Source: Candidatus Oxydemutatoraceae bacterium
GTDB lineage: Bacteria > Pseudomonadota > Gammaproteobacteria > Poriferisulfidales > Oxydemutatoraceae
Length of the DNA: 64,000 bases
Assembly: GCA_965220085.1 (NCBI GenBank)
Contig: CBDCOZ010000001.1
Coordinates: 64,001-128,000, forward strand
Direction: 5' to 3'
In this document: positions 1 through 8,245 of the stretch, in pieces
Numbering within the stretch: the first letter of the stretch is position 1
How the letters are laid out: each line of letters starts with the position of its first letter
Program-made: the position numbers and the translations under genes
Notes under the pieces: model-generated
The model's input: the letters and a program-made list of their open reading frames with translations, nothing else
The model's database searches: none
What the model was told of the DNA's origin: nothing

Positions 1-334
1 CCACTGCTACTCGCGCGCGCCCCGCCGCAGGTATTCGCTTTCAAACAGCGCTGCCTGCAACGGGGTATCCGCCACTGCTACGCCTATCCCCAATGCCCGA
101 AGATGAAGGCTCAAGGAACGCTTCCGCCGCGCGCCTTGAGAAGCGTTTGCGGAGTTTGAAGCGGGTTTGTTGACGACCGAATGTGCGCACATTCAATGAG
201 CGTCGGATAAAGTATCTGGGATGGTTTAACGCCAAAACACCACGAAGGGATTACACTATGGGCTGGAACTTCAAGCGCTTATGACACCCACAATATTTGC
301 CCCAGATGTCCGCTATGTCTTGGTATCAAACAAG

Positions 335-550
335 GTTTTGACTCCTCAATCAAGTCTGATATAATCCCGCACGATTTCTTCATAAGGGGGGTTTCAATAG
401 TTTTTGACGCCCCCCGATCAAGTCTGATATAATCACAATCACGGTTGATAAATATCGCCTAGAGTTTTGACCTCTCCTCGATCCTAGTCTGGTTCAATCC
501 AGTGAATGCGGTTCATAGCGCTAATGAGTTGCGGGGAAGTCTTAACTAAC
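335..550 (+). CRISPR. Degenerate type II-C mini-array (3 clear repeats plus a possible 4th)
   Basis: Repeats are 335-366 GTTTTGACTCCTCAATCAAGTCTGATATAATC, 400-434 GTTTTTGACGCCCCCCGATCAAGTCTGATATAATC and 464-499 GTTTTGACCTCTCCTCGATCCTAGTCTGGTTCAATC (36 nt). A weak 4th lies at 528-550. Period is 64-65 nt with unique 28-33 nt spacers, next to cas remnants and cas9. Confidence 0.85.
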
Positions 551-601
551 AAACCACCCAGGCGCTCCCTGCGAAAGCACATTGTCTCGGGTGGTTTTTT
601 T
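551..601 (+). terminator. Long hairpin plus U-tract ending the array transcript
   Basis: AAACCACCC...GGGTGGTTT stem with an inner TGC-GAAA-GCA tetraloop, followed by a T run. Confidence 0.65.
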
Positions 602-615
602 ATTAACTCGGGATT

Positions 616-810
616 TTATTCCCCAAAGATTGTCTGTCTGGGCACGATGAGTTTAGTCCGCTCGCTTCCGCAATCATAATCAGAACCCGTAACAGTTATT
701 CATCTAACAAAGCGTTCCGGAATTTTGTTGCTTGCTGTCGTTGCTTCTTGGTTAGCGCCGGCCAGTCAAACCATTCCGAGCGCCCATCCTGCTTTGAGGC
801 GTTTTAGTTC
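616..810 (-). pseudogene. cas2: cas2 remnant
   Basis: Manual translation across one frameshift gives GWALGM/FDWPALTKKQRQQATKFRNALLDE*. This matches the type II Cas2 N-terminal pattern W-x3-MFDLP-x2-TK-x2-R-x4-FR-x2-LL. There is a premature stop at 696-698. Confidence 0.75.
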
Positions 811-914
811 TTCGCGCTTTTTCTGCCCATCGGGCGATCCGCAAACCAAGAACCCTTTCTTTGCGGATGAGGGAATTGTGTCGGAGGATATGAACAGTGT
901 TGTGACTCGTTCAT
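811..914 (-). pseudogene. cas1: Probable cas1 5' remnant
   Basis: ATG overlaps the cas9 stop (ATGA). Frameshifted translation SHNTVHILRHNSLIRKE/GFLVCGSPDGQKKR resembles a type II Cas1 N-terminus, and it sits between cas9 and the cas2 stub. Confidence 0.45.
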
Positions 915-3900
915 GCTTTCGTCTTTCTTAGAACAAACCTCTTCTCTTTCCTATAGGGCTCTTCTTTCAGAAAGTGTTTCAAAGCGATTCTGCGCTTCTC
1001 ACCTTTCGCGGATGTCATTTCTATCTTGCCGGCAAATTCAATCGTGTTAAGCGTGTATATGCCGGCGCTTATTTCTTTCTGCTTTTCCATCAGTATGGTC
1101 TCCGTCACCTCTATGAGACACTTTGAATGGAAAAAGCCCAATACTTTTTGTATGCCCGGGTTGCTCTCTAATTCTTTTCCGATCGCATATCTTGACTCAA
1201 ACACCCTTACCGGTTTCACCCGCACTTTGTTTTTGCTGTCCAGATAAAGAAACTGTCCTTGGTCCGACTCTTTCCGAGTTTTAAATTGTCCGAATTGACC
1301 TCTGGAAATGTCTTTATAATTAGTGATATCTCCGTCTGCCACTCGGACTTTTTTCACTGCGGGGGTATCTTTGCTTAATTGGAAATTCTTGCAATATTTC
1401 CTCCATTGTTGCTCGGTCATTTTTTTCCGCCGATTAACCCATTTTTCCACTTTCTTGCGAATATCGGCATCGTATATCCTTGTAACATCCTTTTTTGTTT
1501 TCGCCAACCCGTCCCATTGGCCCTTTGAGGTGTCCCCCAAAGAGTCAAGAGGCACTCGATAAGTCGCTTGCTCTTCGCCGTTGGCAATGTTTCTCTTCCC
1601 GTAGACTGTCTCCCTGAAGATAGGCTTGTTAAAGCATATTTGGCGCGGCATGACGCGCTCAAGAACCGCGCCAAAGAATTTTTGCGGATCAGCCCTGAGC
1701 GCCTCCGCGGGAAGAGAAAAACAAAGCCGCCTGTCAGAACCTCTTGCCCAGTTTGGGATAAAAGACAATATCATCGCATCCAGCGCATGGCGCCGATTAT
1801 CATTTATGTTCTTTTCCGCATTCGCTCCTTCGTGCAGTAACTCAAGCAATTTATATTTTTGCGCAACCGCATTTGTCGCGCCCCTGCCGAGCACAGCGAC
1901 CTTTCTCTCCTCTCCGTCAAAATCCGCGTTCCAACCAAAATGTAAGCGCACGATCGCCTGCGTTAATTTTGCAATCCAAGCCGTTTGCCGGAGTCCGACG
2001 CGATGATTAACGGCCTTTGCGGCATCTTCCATGTTTGTCGCCGATAGCAGCGCGGCTTTAAATTTGGGGAATTTCTTTCCTCTCCCTTTCACCATCTCAT
2101 GGAGGCGCTCTATAAAGGCGCCCCATTTGCCTTCCCGCTTTAGCCAATCAGATGGCAAGCGGTCGCCTTGTTTGCGCTTACACTCTTTGCTGGCAAGCAC
2201 GAGATTCATGTAGGCGCACGGGCCGCCGTTGGAATCCGGAACGATAGGGGTTATCTCTGCCTCTTCAAAAAGTATCGCATCGGGCAAATCGTATGATTCG
2301 GACAGAGTGATCGGACGATCACAAAATATACAACGCTCCTCTTGCTCTTTCCAAAGTTGCCATTTCAGTAAGTTTTTCTGAGAAGGAGATATCCATTTTT
2401 CTTCCAGTTCTTTTTGCGCTTCCTTATCTCTTTGTTCGCGCTCCTCTTTATGTTTCTCGTAGTCGTTTTTTCTTTGTTCCGGTAACCAATCTTCTCTGAC
2501 AAACTCAATCGCCACTCTGTCGGGTGTGCCAAATTCCCTTTGCATATTTTTTATCTGCGAATAAAAAACCCCCAATCTATGGCGAACTATGGGGTCATTC
2601 TGGTCGGCAATCAGTTTTTGAATGGCCTTGGCTTGCTCGCCTTCTCCGCCTGCGGTTTTATATTCCGACAGCGTTTGATTGGGGATGTAAAGCCCGTCCC
2701 AACTATTGCCCATATGCTCCATAAAGGCCAAATCTTCTTTGACGAGCCCCTTTCTCTTATCAAAGTTTCCGGCAATCAGCCTCATTTCATTTTCCCTCAA
2801 GAAGTCTTGGGGCGATTTTCCGGAAAGAATCAGGTCTTTGACTATTCTCAGAGCCGGGCGCGAAAAGCGAGACCTTCCGAAAATTTTCGGAGCATCCACT
2901 TTGCCATTGTTCGGAGCCACACAATCTCCGCCATATTTATGAATATATTTTTCTAAGTCTTTTTTTGTCAGGCTTAGTTTCTTCGTAATCTTTTTTTCTA
3001 ATCTGTCTCGGACATTGGCATGAACCGCGTCCATGCGCTCATTGAATATGGCTCTGATCTCCTCGTATGCAAATGGTTTTGTCTCTTCGCCGGCTATAAA
3101 CCGGATGTTCTTTAGTTTCATCAAAAATGTTACCTGTGCGGAAAGGAGCGAGTCTTCCGAGATGTTGCCATGTGTGCCTTTGGGGGCGGCGCGGCACGCA
3201 TTGAAGCGAGGGATAAGAGCGCATTTATTCGGAGAGCGGTTATCAAATGTCGGTATCTTTTGTGCCAAAATTCCTTGCCAGTCGGTTTCCTTGCCTCTGA
3301 GCAACGCTTTCCTGCCCCCCGCTTTTTCGTATAGTTCGGGGTTGCCGCGCTCGGCATGATATGATGCATAGGCTTCGCCTGTGGGTCCATACAGCAGATA
3401 GTCTTCTTTTCCCGTGAGGGCGGGGTATTGCTTTTCCGCTTGCTTGAACATGCAACGCAGTTGCTTCTCTATCATGTGCCTGGGATACACGGCCATTGTG
3501 GGAGGCAACCACTTTGCGTCCTCTTTTGTTTTGCCTCCTTCTTTGTCTAATCTTTCTCTTGCTATCGGATCTTTCGTCTTGCCGACATGGGTGCTTTTGG
3601 CAGTATGGTCAATACGCAGTTTGCATGAGTCGGGTGATTTCGGATTCCATAAGCCCATGCGATACGCTTCCCAATAACACGGGTGGCGATGATTCGCATT
3701 TTTGCTTATTTTGCTTATGTTTTCTATTTCTTTCTGAATGCAGGCTGCGCGTTTGGCAGTCTCAGTTTTCTCCTTGTTTTCTTCTTTGCTCTTTGCATCA
3801 TCTTTATCGGCGAACAGCAGAGCGCTTTTCCATGGGGCATCCTTGTCAAACCCGCGTTTTTGAATCGCCGAATGAAACGCTTTGTACAATTGCCACTCTT

Positions 3901-4297
3901 CCAGTTTTTTGCCTTGCAAGAGCATAATCTGCAATAACGTCCCGCAGTACACTGTGTCATCGTCCTTTGCGGGAAATTCTCTTTCCAGTCTCTCGTCGCC
4001 GCTCTTAAGTTTTTCTTTTCCTTCGCTACTGACAATCTTCGCGCCGTTCAGCGTTTCCAGCCCCGCTTCTCGGAAAACTTTCCGCAGCCATTCCTCTCGT
4101 TTTTTGTGTGCCAATCTGCTTCTATAAGCGCGTCGCCGCTCCGCCGCAGACTTCGTTGACGCAAACTTATCGGGAATCAACAAAGAGTCAACTTTGTTAA
4201 ATTCAAACGGGTCGCCTTTGGCTCCGCGAACTGCGTATCCCAGTGAGCCGGTTCCAATATCAAATGACCAAATATGTTTTTGTTGATTGTTCGTCAT
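911..4297 (-). CDS. cas9: Type II-C Cas9 (1128 aa), HNH predicted inactive
   Basis: RuvC-I WSFDIG, Arg-rich bridge helix, IQKRGF, RuvC-II AIEFVRE, RuvC-III RHALDA. The HNH region reads EITPIVP...NLVL...CKRKQG. AGGAG RBS upstream. Confidence 0.95.
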   Translation of the reverse strand: MTNNQQKHIWSFDIGTGSLGYAVRGAKGDPFEFNKVDSLLIPDKFASTKSAAERRRAYRSRLAHKKREEWLRKVFREAGLETLNGAKIVSSEGKEKLKSGDERLEREFPAKDDDTVYCGTLLQIMLLQGKKLEEWQLYKAFHSAIQKRGFDKDAPWKSALLFADKDDAKSKEENKEKTETAKRAACIQKEIENISKISKNANHRHPCYWEAYRMGLWNPKSPDSCKLRIDHTAKSTHVGKTKDPIARERLDKEGGKTKEDAKWLPPTMAVYPRHMIEKQLRCMFKQAEKQYPALTGKEDYLLYGPTGEAYASYHAERGNPELYEKAGGRKALLRGKETDWQGILAQKIPTFDNRSPNKCALIPRFNACRAAPKGTHGNISEDSLLSAQVTFLMKLKNIRFIAGEETKPFAYEEIRAIFNERMDAVHANVRDRLEKKITKKLSLTKKDLEKYIHKYGGDCVAPNNGKVDAPKIFGRSRFSRPALRIVKDLILSGKSPQDFLRENEMRLIAGNFDKRKGLVKEDLAFMEHMGNSWDGLYIPNQTLSEYKTAGGEGEQAKAIQKLIADQNDPIVRHRLGVFYSQIKNMQREFGTPDRVAIEFVREDWLPEQRKNDYEKHKEEREQRDKEAQKELEEKWISPSQKNLLKWQLWKEQEERCIFCDRPITLSESYDLPDAILFEEAEITPIVPDSNGGPCAYMNLVLASKECKRKQGDRLPSDWLKREGKWGAFIERLHEMVKGRGKKFPKFKAALLSATNMEDAAKAVNHRVGLRQTAWIAKLTQAIVRLHFGWNADFDGEERKVAVLGRGATNAVAQKYKLLELLHEGANAEKNINDNRRHALDAMILSFIPNWARGSDRRLCFSLPAEALRADPQKFFGAVLERVMPRQICFNKPIFRETVYGKRNIANGEEQATYRVPLDSLGDTSKGQWDGLAKTKKDVTRIYDADIRKKVEKWVNRRKKMTEQQWRKYCKNFQLSKDTPAVKKVRVADGDITNYKDISRGQFGQFKTRKESDQGQFLYLDSKNKVRVKPVRVFESRYAIGKELESNPGIQKVLGFFHSKCLIEVTETILMEKQKEISAGIYTLNTIEFAGKIEMTSAKGEKRRIALKHFLKEEPYRKEKRFVLRKTKA

Positions 4298-4304
4298 GTT
4301 GTTT

Positions 4305-4352
4305 CTCCTGTTATTTTATAAGCATTATAGTATGAGGCGCCTGCGGAAGGCA
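4305..4352 (-). promoter_or_regulatory. Putative cas9 promoter (-10 TATAAT at 4324-4329) and RBS (4305-4309)
   Basis: Minus strand reads TACTATAAT...AACAGGAGAAACAACATG. The -35 is weak. Confidence 0.5.
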
Positions 4353-4381
4353 GGGGTGTTGAATACTCAACCAATCTATAT

Positions 4382-4481
4382 CGCAACTCAAATTATACCC
4401 GCAGAATGTCAAAGTAACCTAGCCATTGATGAATCTTGGGTTGCTACGCAATTCAGATTATGCCCGCGGAAGGTCAAAGTA
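4382..4481 (+). repeat. 35-nt direct repeat (4382-4416, 4447-4481) containing the anti-repeat
   Basis: 30/35 identical by manual alignment, separated by 30 nt. Confidence 0.85.
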
Positions 4482-4540
4482 GGGTATTGGATACCGCAAA
4501 TGCATATGCTGCCTTGTCCCGCGCCGGCGGGCGAACCGTT
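4447..4540 (+). ncRNA. Candidate tracrRNA
   Basis: CGCGGAAGGTCAAAGT (4465-4480) can pair with repeat 3 GTTTTGACCTCTCCTCG with 2 GU pairs, 1 bulge and 1 mismatch. It is followed by a nexus-like AG-GGTAT-TGG-ATACC-GCAA hairpin and a CCCGC-GCCG-GCGGG hairpin. It is divergent from cas9, as in II-C loci. Confidence 0.65.
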
Positions 4541-4639
4541 GTCTGACTATGTATAATCCCCTAAATAGTGATCCTTTTCGCACGGTGTATAGCCCATGAA
4601 TGGCACAGTCGAATCCTTCTGCAACAATAAAAAGCTAAA

Positions 4640-5893
4640 GTGGGGCCACACAAAATCCGGAGAGTCTCATGCTATGCGCTTTATGATGATGTTATGACCG
4701 CCTGCAACATAGATGATATAAGGCAATTGCTGGACGATGCATCCGGTCTGGATTTGAGTGCGCCGCAGTACAATCCCACATTCATGCAAATAGCGGGGCG
4801 CCCGCACCTTGAGGATGTTATCAGCAACACGCTGCGATTCTTTATGGACCCGAAGGAGCCCCATGAACTGGGAACCTTGTTCTTGGAAGCATTGTTGGAT
4901 GCGCGGAGCGAATCGGCAAAACAGAATTGCCCCGACATATCTTCCTCCCGCGATATAAAAGTTGAGCGTGAGCATAGCACAAAGGAGAGCGGGAGTGCGC
5001 CCAGGATAGATCTATGGGTTGAAAGCGACACACATATAATCGCCATAGAGAACAAGATATACGCCGCTTCTCACAATCCATTAAAAGATTATTACGCGCA
5101 TGCTAAAGACCAATCTAAAGGGGAGCCAATCTGTTGCTACTTATGCCTGAACAGACCTAAGTTGAGCAATCAGGAATTACACAACTTTGAGGCGATTGAG
5201 TACCGAAAATTTTTGGACAAGATAGAAGGAAGGCTGGGTAACCGACTTGCTCATTCGGATCAGCAACATTACACTCCCTTTGTCTTGGACTTTCTCAGAC
5301 AATTGAAATATCTATCGGAGGGCTGCCCCATGAATGAAAGTTTGATAAACCTGTTCAAGGAACACAAAGAGCACAAGGAAGTCGCTCCAAGCTTAGTGAA
5401 CAGCATTCGTGAAGACAGCGCGCGTGTGAAAGGCGAAGTGAAAAAGGTGAAAGGCGAAGTGGAAAAGGTGGCCAAGGGGCTAACAGGTGACGGAGGCGAA
5501 GAATGGAATATATGGGCATGGGATGTTTTGCTATTACATTGTGTCTTGGTTTGTGACTATGTAAAGAAGTTTAGTGGGTCAGAAACAAAAGACATGAAAA
5601 TAGCAATAGATGCCGTGTATTCCATAACGGGTGAATGGGACATTTTCGTTTTCTCTCGTCAAGAACGGGTCTCAGATAAGCACAAGGAATTTTGGGATTC
5701 ATTAAAGTTGAAAGATGGAGATACCAAAGGTACAGATATCCCGAGCGAATATAAAGAAAAGTGGGAAGATTGGGAGAAGGAAGAGAAAGGCGCCCCGCGT
5801 GTACGGGTAGCGCACTTTGAAGGTGGCACAGGTTCCGAGGTTGTTGTTGAGTGTCTAAAGAAAGTTTTAGAACAGATCACATCGCCCGGCTAA
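4640..5893 (+). CDS. PD-(D/E)XK nuclease superfamily protein (PDDEXK_4-like); start uncertain
   Basis: E-x3-S-x2-L-x3-DP-x3-H-x-LG motif, VEREH and RIDL-x9-IENKI. AT-richer than the core genes. Confidence 0.8.
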   Translation: MGPHKIRRVSCYALYDDVMTACNIDDIRQLLDDASGLDLSAPQYNPTFMQIAGRPHLEDVISNTLRFFMDPKEPHELGTLFLEALLDARSESAKQNCPDISSSRDIKVEREHSTKESGSAPRIDLWVESDTHIIAIENKIYAASHNPLKDYYAHAKDQSKGEPICCYLCLNRPKLSNQELHNFEAIEYRKFLDKIEGRLGNRLAHSDQQHYTPFVLDFLRQLKYLSEGCPMNESLINLFKEHKEHKEVAPSLVNSIREDSARVKGEVKKVKGEVEKVAKGLTGDGGEEWNIWAWDVLLLHCVLVCDYVKKFSGSETKDMKIAIDAVYSITGEWDIFVFSRQERVSDKHKEFWDSLKLKDGDTKGTDIPSEYKEKWEDWEKEEKGAPRVRVAHFEGGTGSEVVVECLKKVLEQITSPG

Positions 5894-6063
5894 AAATATT
5901 CGTTAAGCAGTTTTATGTTTCGCCGTTTGGAGTGCGGTAATGTCATACATCGTACTTTTTGAACCGTTCATCGGGATTTTGTAATTTTATCGATCACAAT
6001 TTTTAGTTGTCGATAGAAATCTATCTTCGCTTGTTCATTTTTATCTGCTATGGTAGGAGCCTT

Positions 6064-6411
6064 ATGTCGCAGATAACATTTGACAGTCATCGTTTTGTAA
6101 AGGGCGCGGTTGAAACGGGCTTTAGCGAAAAGCAAGCCGAGTTTCTGGCAGCTGCTCACAGATTTTTCACCGGGCATATTGCTACGAAGGAAGATATCTT
6201 TGGCTTGGGGAAAAGAATAGATGGCTTGGAGCAAAGAATAGATAGGTTAGAGCAAAGAGTAGATGGCTTGGAGCAAAGAATGGACAGGCTAGAACAGAGA
6301 ATGGATAGCTTGGAGCAGAGAGTGGATAGTCTAGAAAAAACGATGTGGCGTATTGCTGTTATGCAAATGGGTTTTATTTCTATCTTGTTTGCTTTAATAA
6401 AGATCCTCTAG
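6064..6411 (+). CDS. DUF1640/CCDC90-like coiled-coil protein with C-terminal TM
   Basis: FDSHRFV...GFSEKQAE...ATKED, six R(I/V/M)DxLE(Q/K) heptads, hydrophobic tail, AGGAG RBS. Confidence 0.75.
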   Translation: MSQITFDSHRFVKGAVETGFSEKQAEFLAAAHRFFTGHIATKEDIFGLGKRIDGLEQRIDRLEQRVDGLEQRMDRLEQRMDSLEQRVDSLEKTMWRIAVMQMGFISILFALIKIL

Positions 6412-6423
6412 TTAAAACCCGTA

Positions 6424-6576
6424 TCCCCCTCACCGGCTCGCTGCGTTTGCCGACTCTCCCGCGCAGGGAGAATGTTCCCCCTCACCGCTCGCTACGCTTG
6501 CCAGCTCTCCCGCGAGGGGAGAATGTTTCCCCTCACCGGCTCGCTACATCTGCCGACTCTCCCGCGCAGGGAGAGC
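6424..6576. repeat. Three tandem 51-52 bp REP-like palindromic units
   Basis: CCCCTCACC...CTCTCCCGCG(C)AGGG(G)AGA at 6426, 6478 and 6529. Confidence 0.8.
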
Positions 6577-6646
6577 GTCAGGAGTTGGTGCAGTTATAAT
6601 CTGCATGTGCGCGATAGAGCCGCCCCTTAATTAATCTGGAAACTAT

Positions 6647-8221
6647 ATGCAGTCAGAATCATCAAACCCGCTATTCCGCTCGGCTTTAGTATTTTCAGTT
6701 TTCACCACTTTCTCACGCGTGCTCGGTTACGCTCGCGACGCGGCTATCTTTATCGTCTTTGGCGCCGGTGTCGCAACCGATGCATTTCTGGTCGCTTTCA
6801 GGTTGCCGAATTTTCTCCGCCGCCTGTTTGGCGAAGGGGCGTTGTCGCAGGCTTTCGTGCCGGTGTTTCAGGAGTACCGCGACAAGAAAGGCCAAGCCGA
6901 AGCGCACGAGTTGGCAAACCGCACTGCCGGTACGCTGGGGGTTGCGGTGTCTGTCATCACTGTGGCGGGCATTCTCGCCGCGCCGATATTGATTGCTGTC
7001 TTCGCGCCGGGCTTCGTCGGCAAGGAAGAGTCTTTTGACTTGTCCGCCTACATGTTGCGGATCACTTTCCCGTATCTTTTATTCGTTTCACTGACCGCAT
7101 TGATTTCGGGCGTGGTCAATAGCTACGGCCGGTTCGGCCCGTCGGCTTTCGCGCCAGTGTTGCTCAACATCTCCCTCATCGCGGCGGCTTTGTGGCTCGC
7201 GCCATTGACTGACGAGCCGATTACCGCATTGGCGTGGGGCGTTTTGTTCGGGGGCATTATCCAACTCGCATTTCAATATGCTTTTCTCCGCCGCTTGGGC
7301 TTTAAGGCGCGCTTGCGCTTGGGCTTTGATCACCCCGGCGTGCGCCGCATCGCGCGGCTGATGACGCCGGCGGCGCTGAGCTCCGCGGTGATGCAAGTCA
7401 ATCTTCTCTTTGACACGATGATCGCCTCGTTTCTGGTCGCCGGCAGCATCAGTTGGTTGTACATTTCCGACCGCTTCGTTGAGCTTCCGCTGGCGCTGTT
7501 TGGCATTGCCATCAGCACCGTCATCCTGCCGCGCCTGTCGACTCATTATGTGCAAGAGGCGAGGAAGGAATTTCACGGCACGCTGGAGTGGGGCGTGCGC
7601 GCTTCGCTGCTGTTGGCATTGCCGTGCGTTGCCGGATTGGTGTTGCTGGCCGGGCCTATTTTCACATCGCTGGTGCAGTACCGCGAGTTCGGCGCGCACG
7701 ACACATCGATGGCAAGCATGAGCCTGATCGCATACTCGGCGGGTCTGCCCGCGTTCATGCTGGTCAAGATTCTGGCGGTCGGGTTCTACGCCTGTCAGAA
7801 CCCGGCACGCCCGATGAAGATCGCCGTCATTGCGATGCTGGCCAATGTTGTTCTGAATATCGCGCTGGTGCTCACGTGGACATATTTTGAGCGCCCGGGC
7901 GCACACGCAAGCCTGGCATTGGCGACGAGCATCGCCTCGTGGCTCAACTGTGCGTTGCTGTACCGCGCCCTCAAGCGCGAAGGGGTGTTTGTCGTGTCGC
8001 CCGACACACCGCTATTCCTCGCCAAAGTCATCGTTGCGACGCTTGTGATGAGCGCTGCGCTCTGGTGGTCGGCGCCGCCGTTGCAAGAGTGGGTCGCGCT
8101 CGGGGAATGGTGGCAGCGGATTTTGATGCTCGCAGGTTTTGTTATCTTCGGCGCGCTGATCTATCTCGCTACGCTGATACTCATGCGTGTTCGCCTGAGT
8201 GCGTTTTTGCAAACAGGCTAG
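6647..8221 (+). CDS. murJ: Lipid II flippase MurJ
   Basis: SRVLGYARD, AFRLPNFLRRLFGEGA, multiple TMs. Confidence 0.97.
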   Translation: MQSESSNPLFRSALVFSVFTTFSRVLGYARDAAIFIVFGAGVATDAFLVAFRLPNFLRRLFGEGALSQAFVPVFQEYRDKKGQAEAHELANRTAGTLGVAVSVITVAGILAAPILIAVFAPGFVGKEESFDLSAYMLRITFPYLLFVSLTALISGVVNSYGRFGPSAFAPVLLNISLIAAALWLAPLTDEPITALAWGVLFGGIIQLAFQYAFLRRLGFKARLRLGFDHPGVRRIARLMTPAALSSAVMQVNLLFDTMIASFLVAGSISWLYISDRFVELPLALFGIAISTVILPRLSTHYVQEARKEFHGTLEWGVRASLLLALPCVAGLVLLAGPIFTSLVQYREFGAHDTSMASMSLIAYSAGLPAFMLVKILAVGFYACQNPARPMKIAVIAMLANVVLNIALVLTWTYFERPGAHASLALATSIASWLNCALLYRALKREGVFVVSPDTPLFLAKVIVATLVMSAALWWSAPPLQEWVALGEWWQRILMLAGFVIFGALIYLATLILMRVRLSAFLQTG

Positions 8222-8245
8222 GCACAAACAACGGCATAGCGCCGC

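Noticed and set aside
277-300. Possible additional upstream CRISPR repeat (GCTTATGACACCCACAAT)
   Set aside because: Weak similarity, off period and lacking the AGTCTG/ATAATC end.
1-300. Short ORFs at the window start
   Set aside because: No recognisable motifs and truncated context.
4351-4366. Possible self-target of spacer 1 3' end (AGGGGGGTTTCAATA vs CAGGGGTGTTGAATA) near the cas9 promoter
   Set aside because: Only 10/15 matches, with mismatches in the seed. No convincing spacer target was found in the window by eye, and the search was not exhaustive.
4392-4412. TTGACA...TATAAT on the minus strand as a sigma70 promoter
   Set aside because: Spacing is only 9 nt; better explained as repeat-derived sequence.
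6424-6576. CRISPR array interpretation of the triple repeat
   Set aside because: Units are contiguous with no unique spacers.
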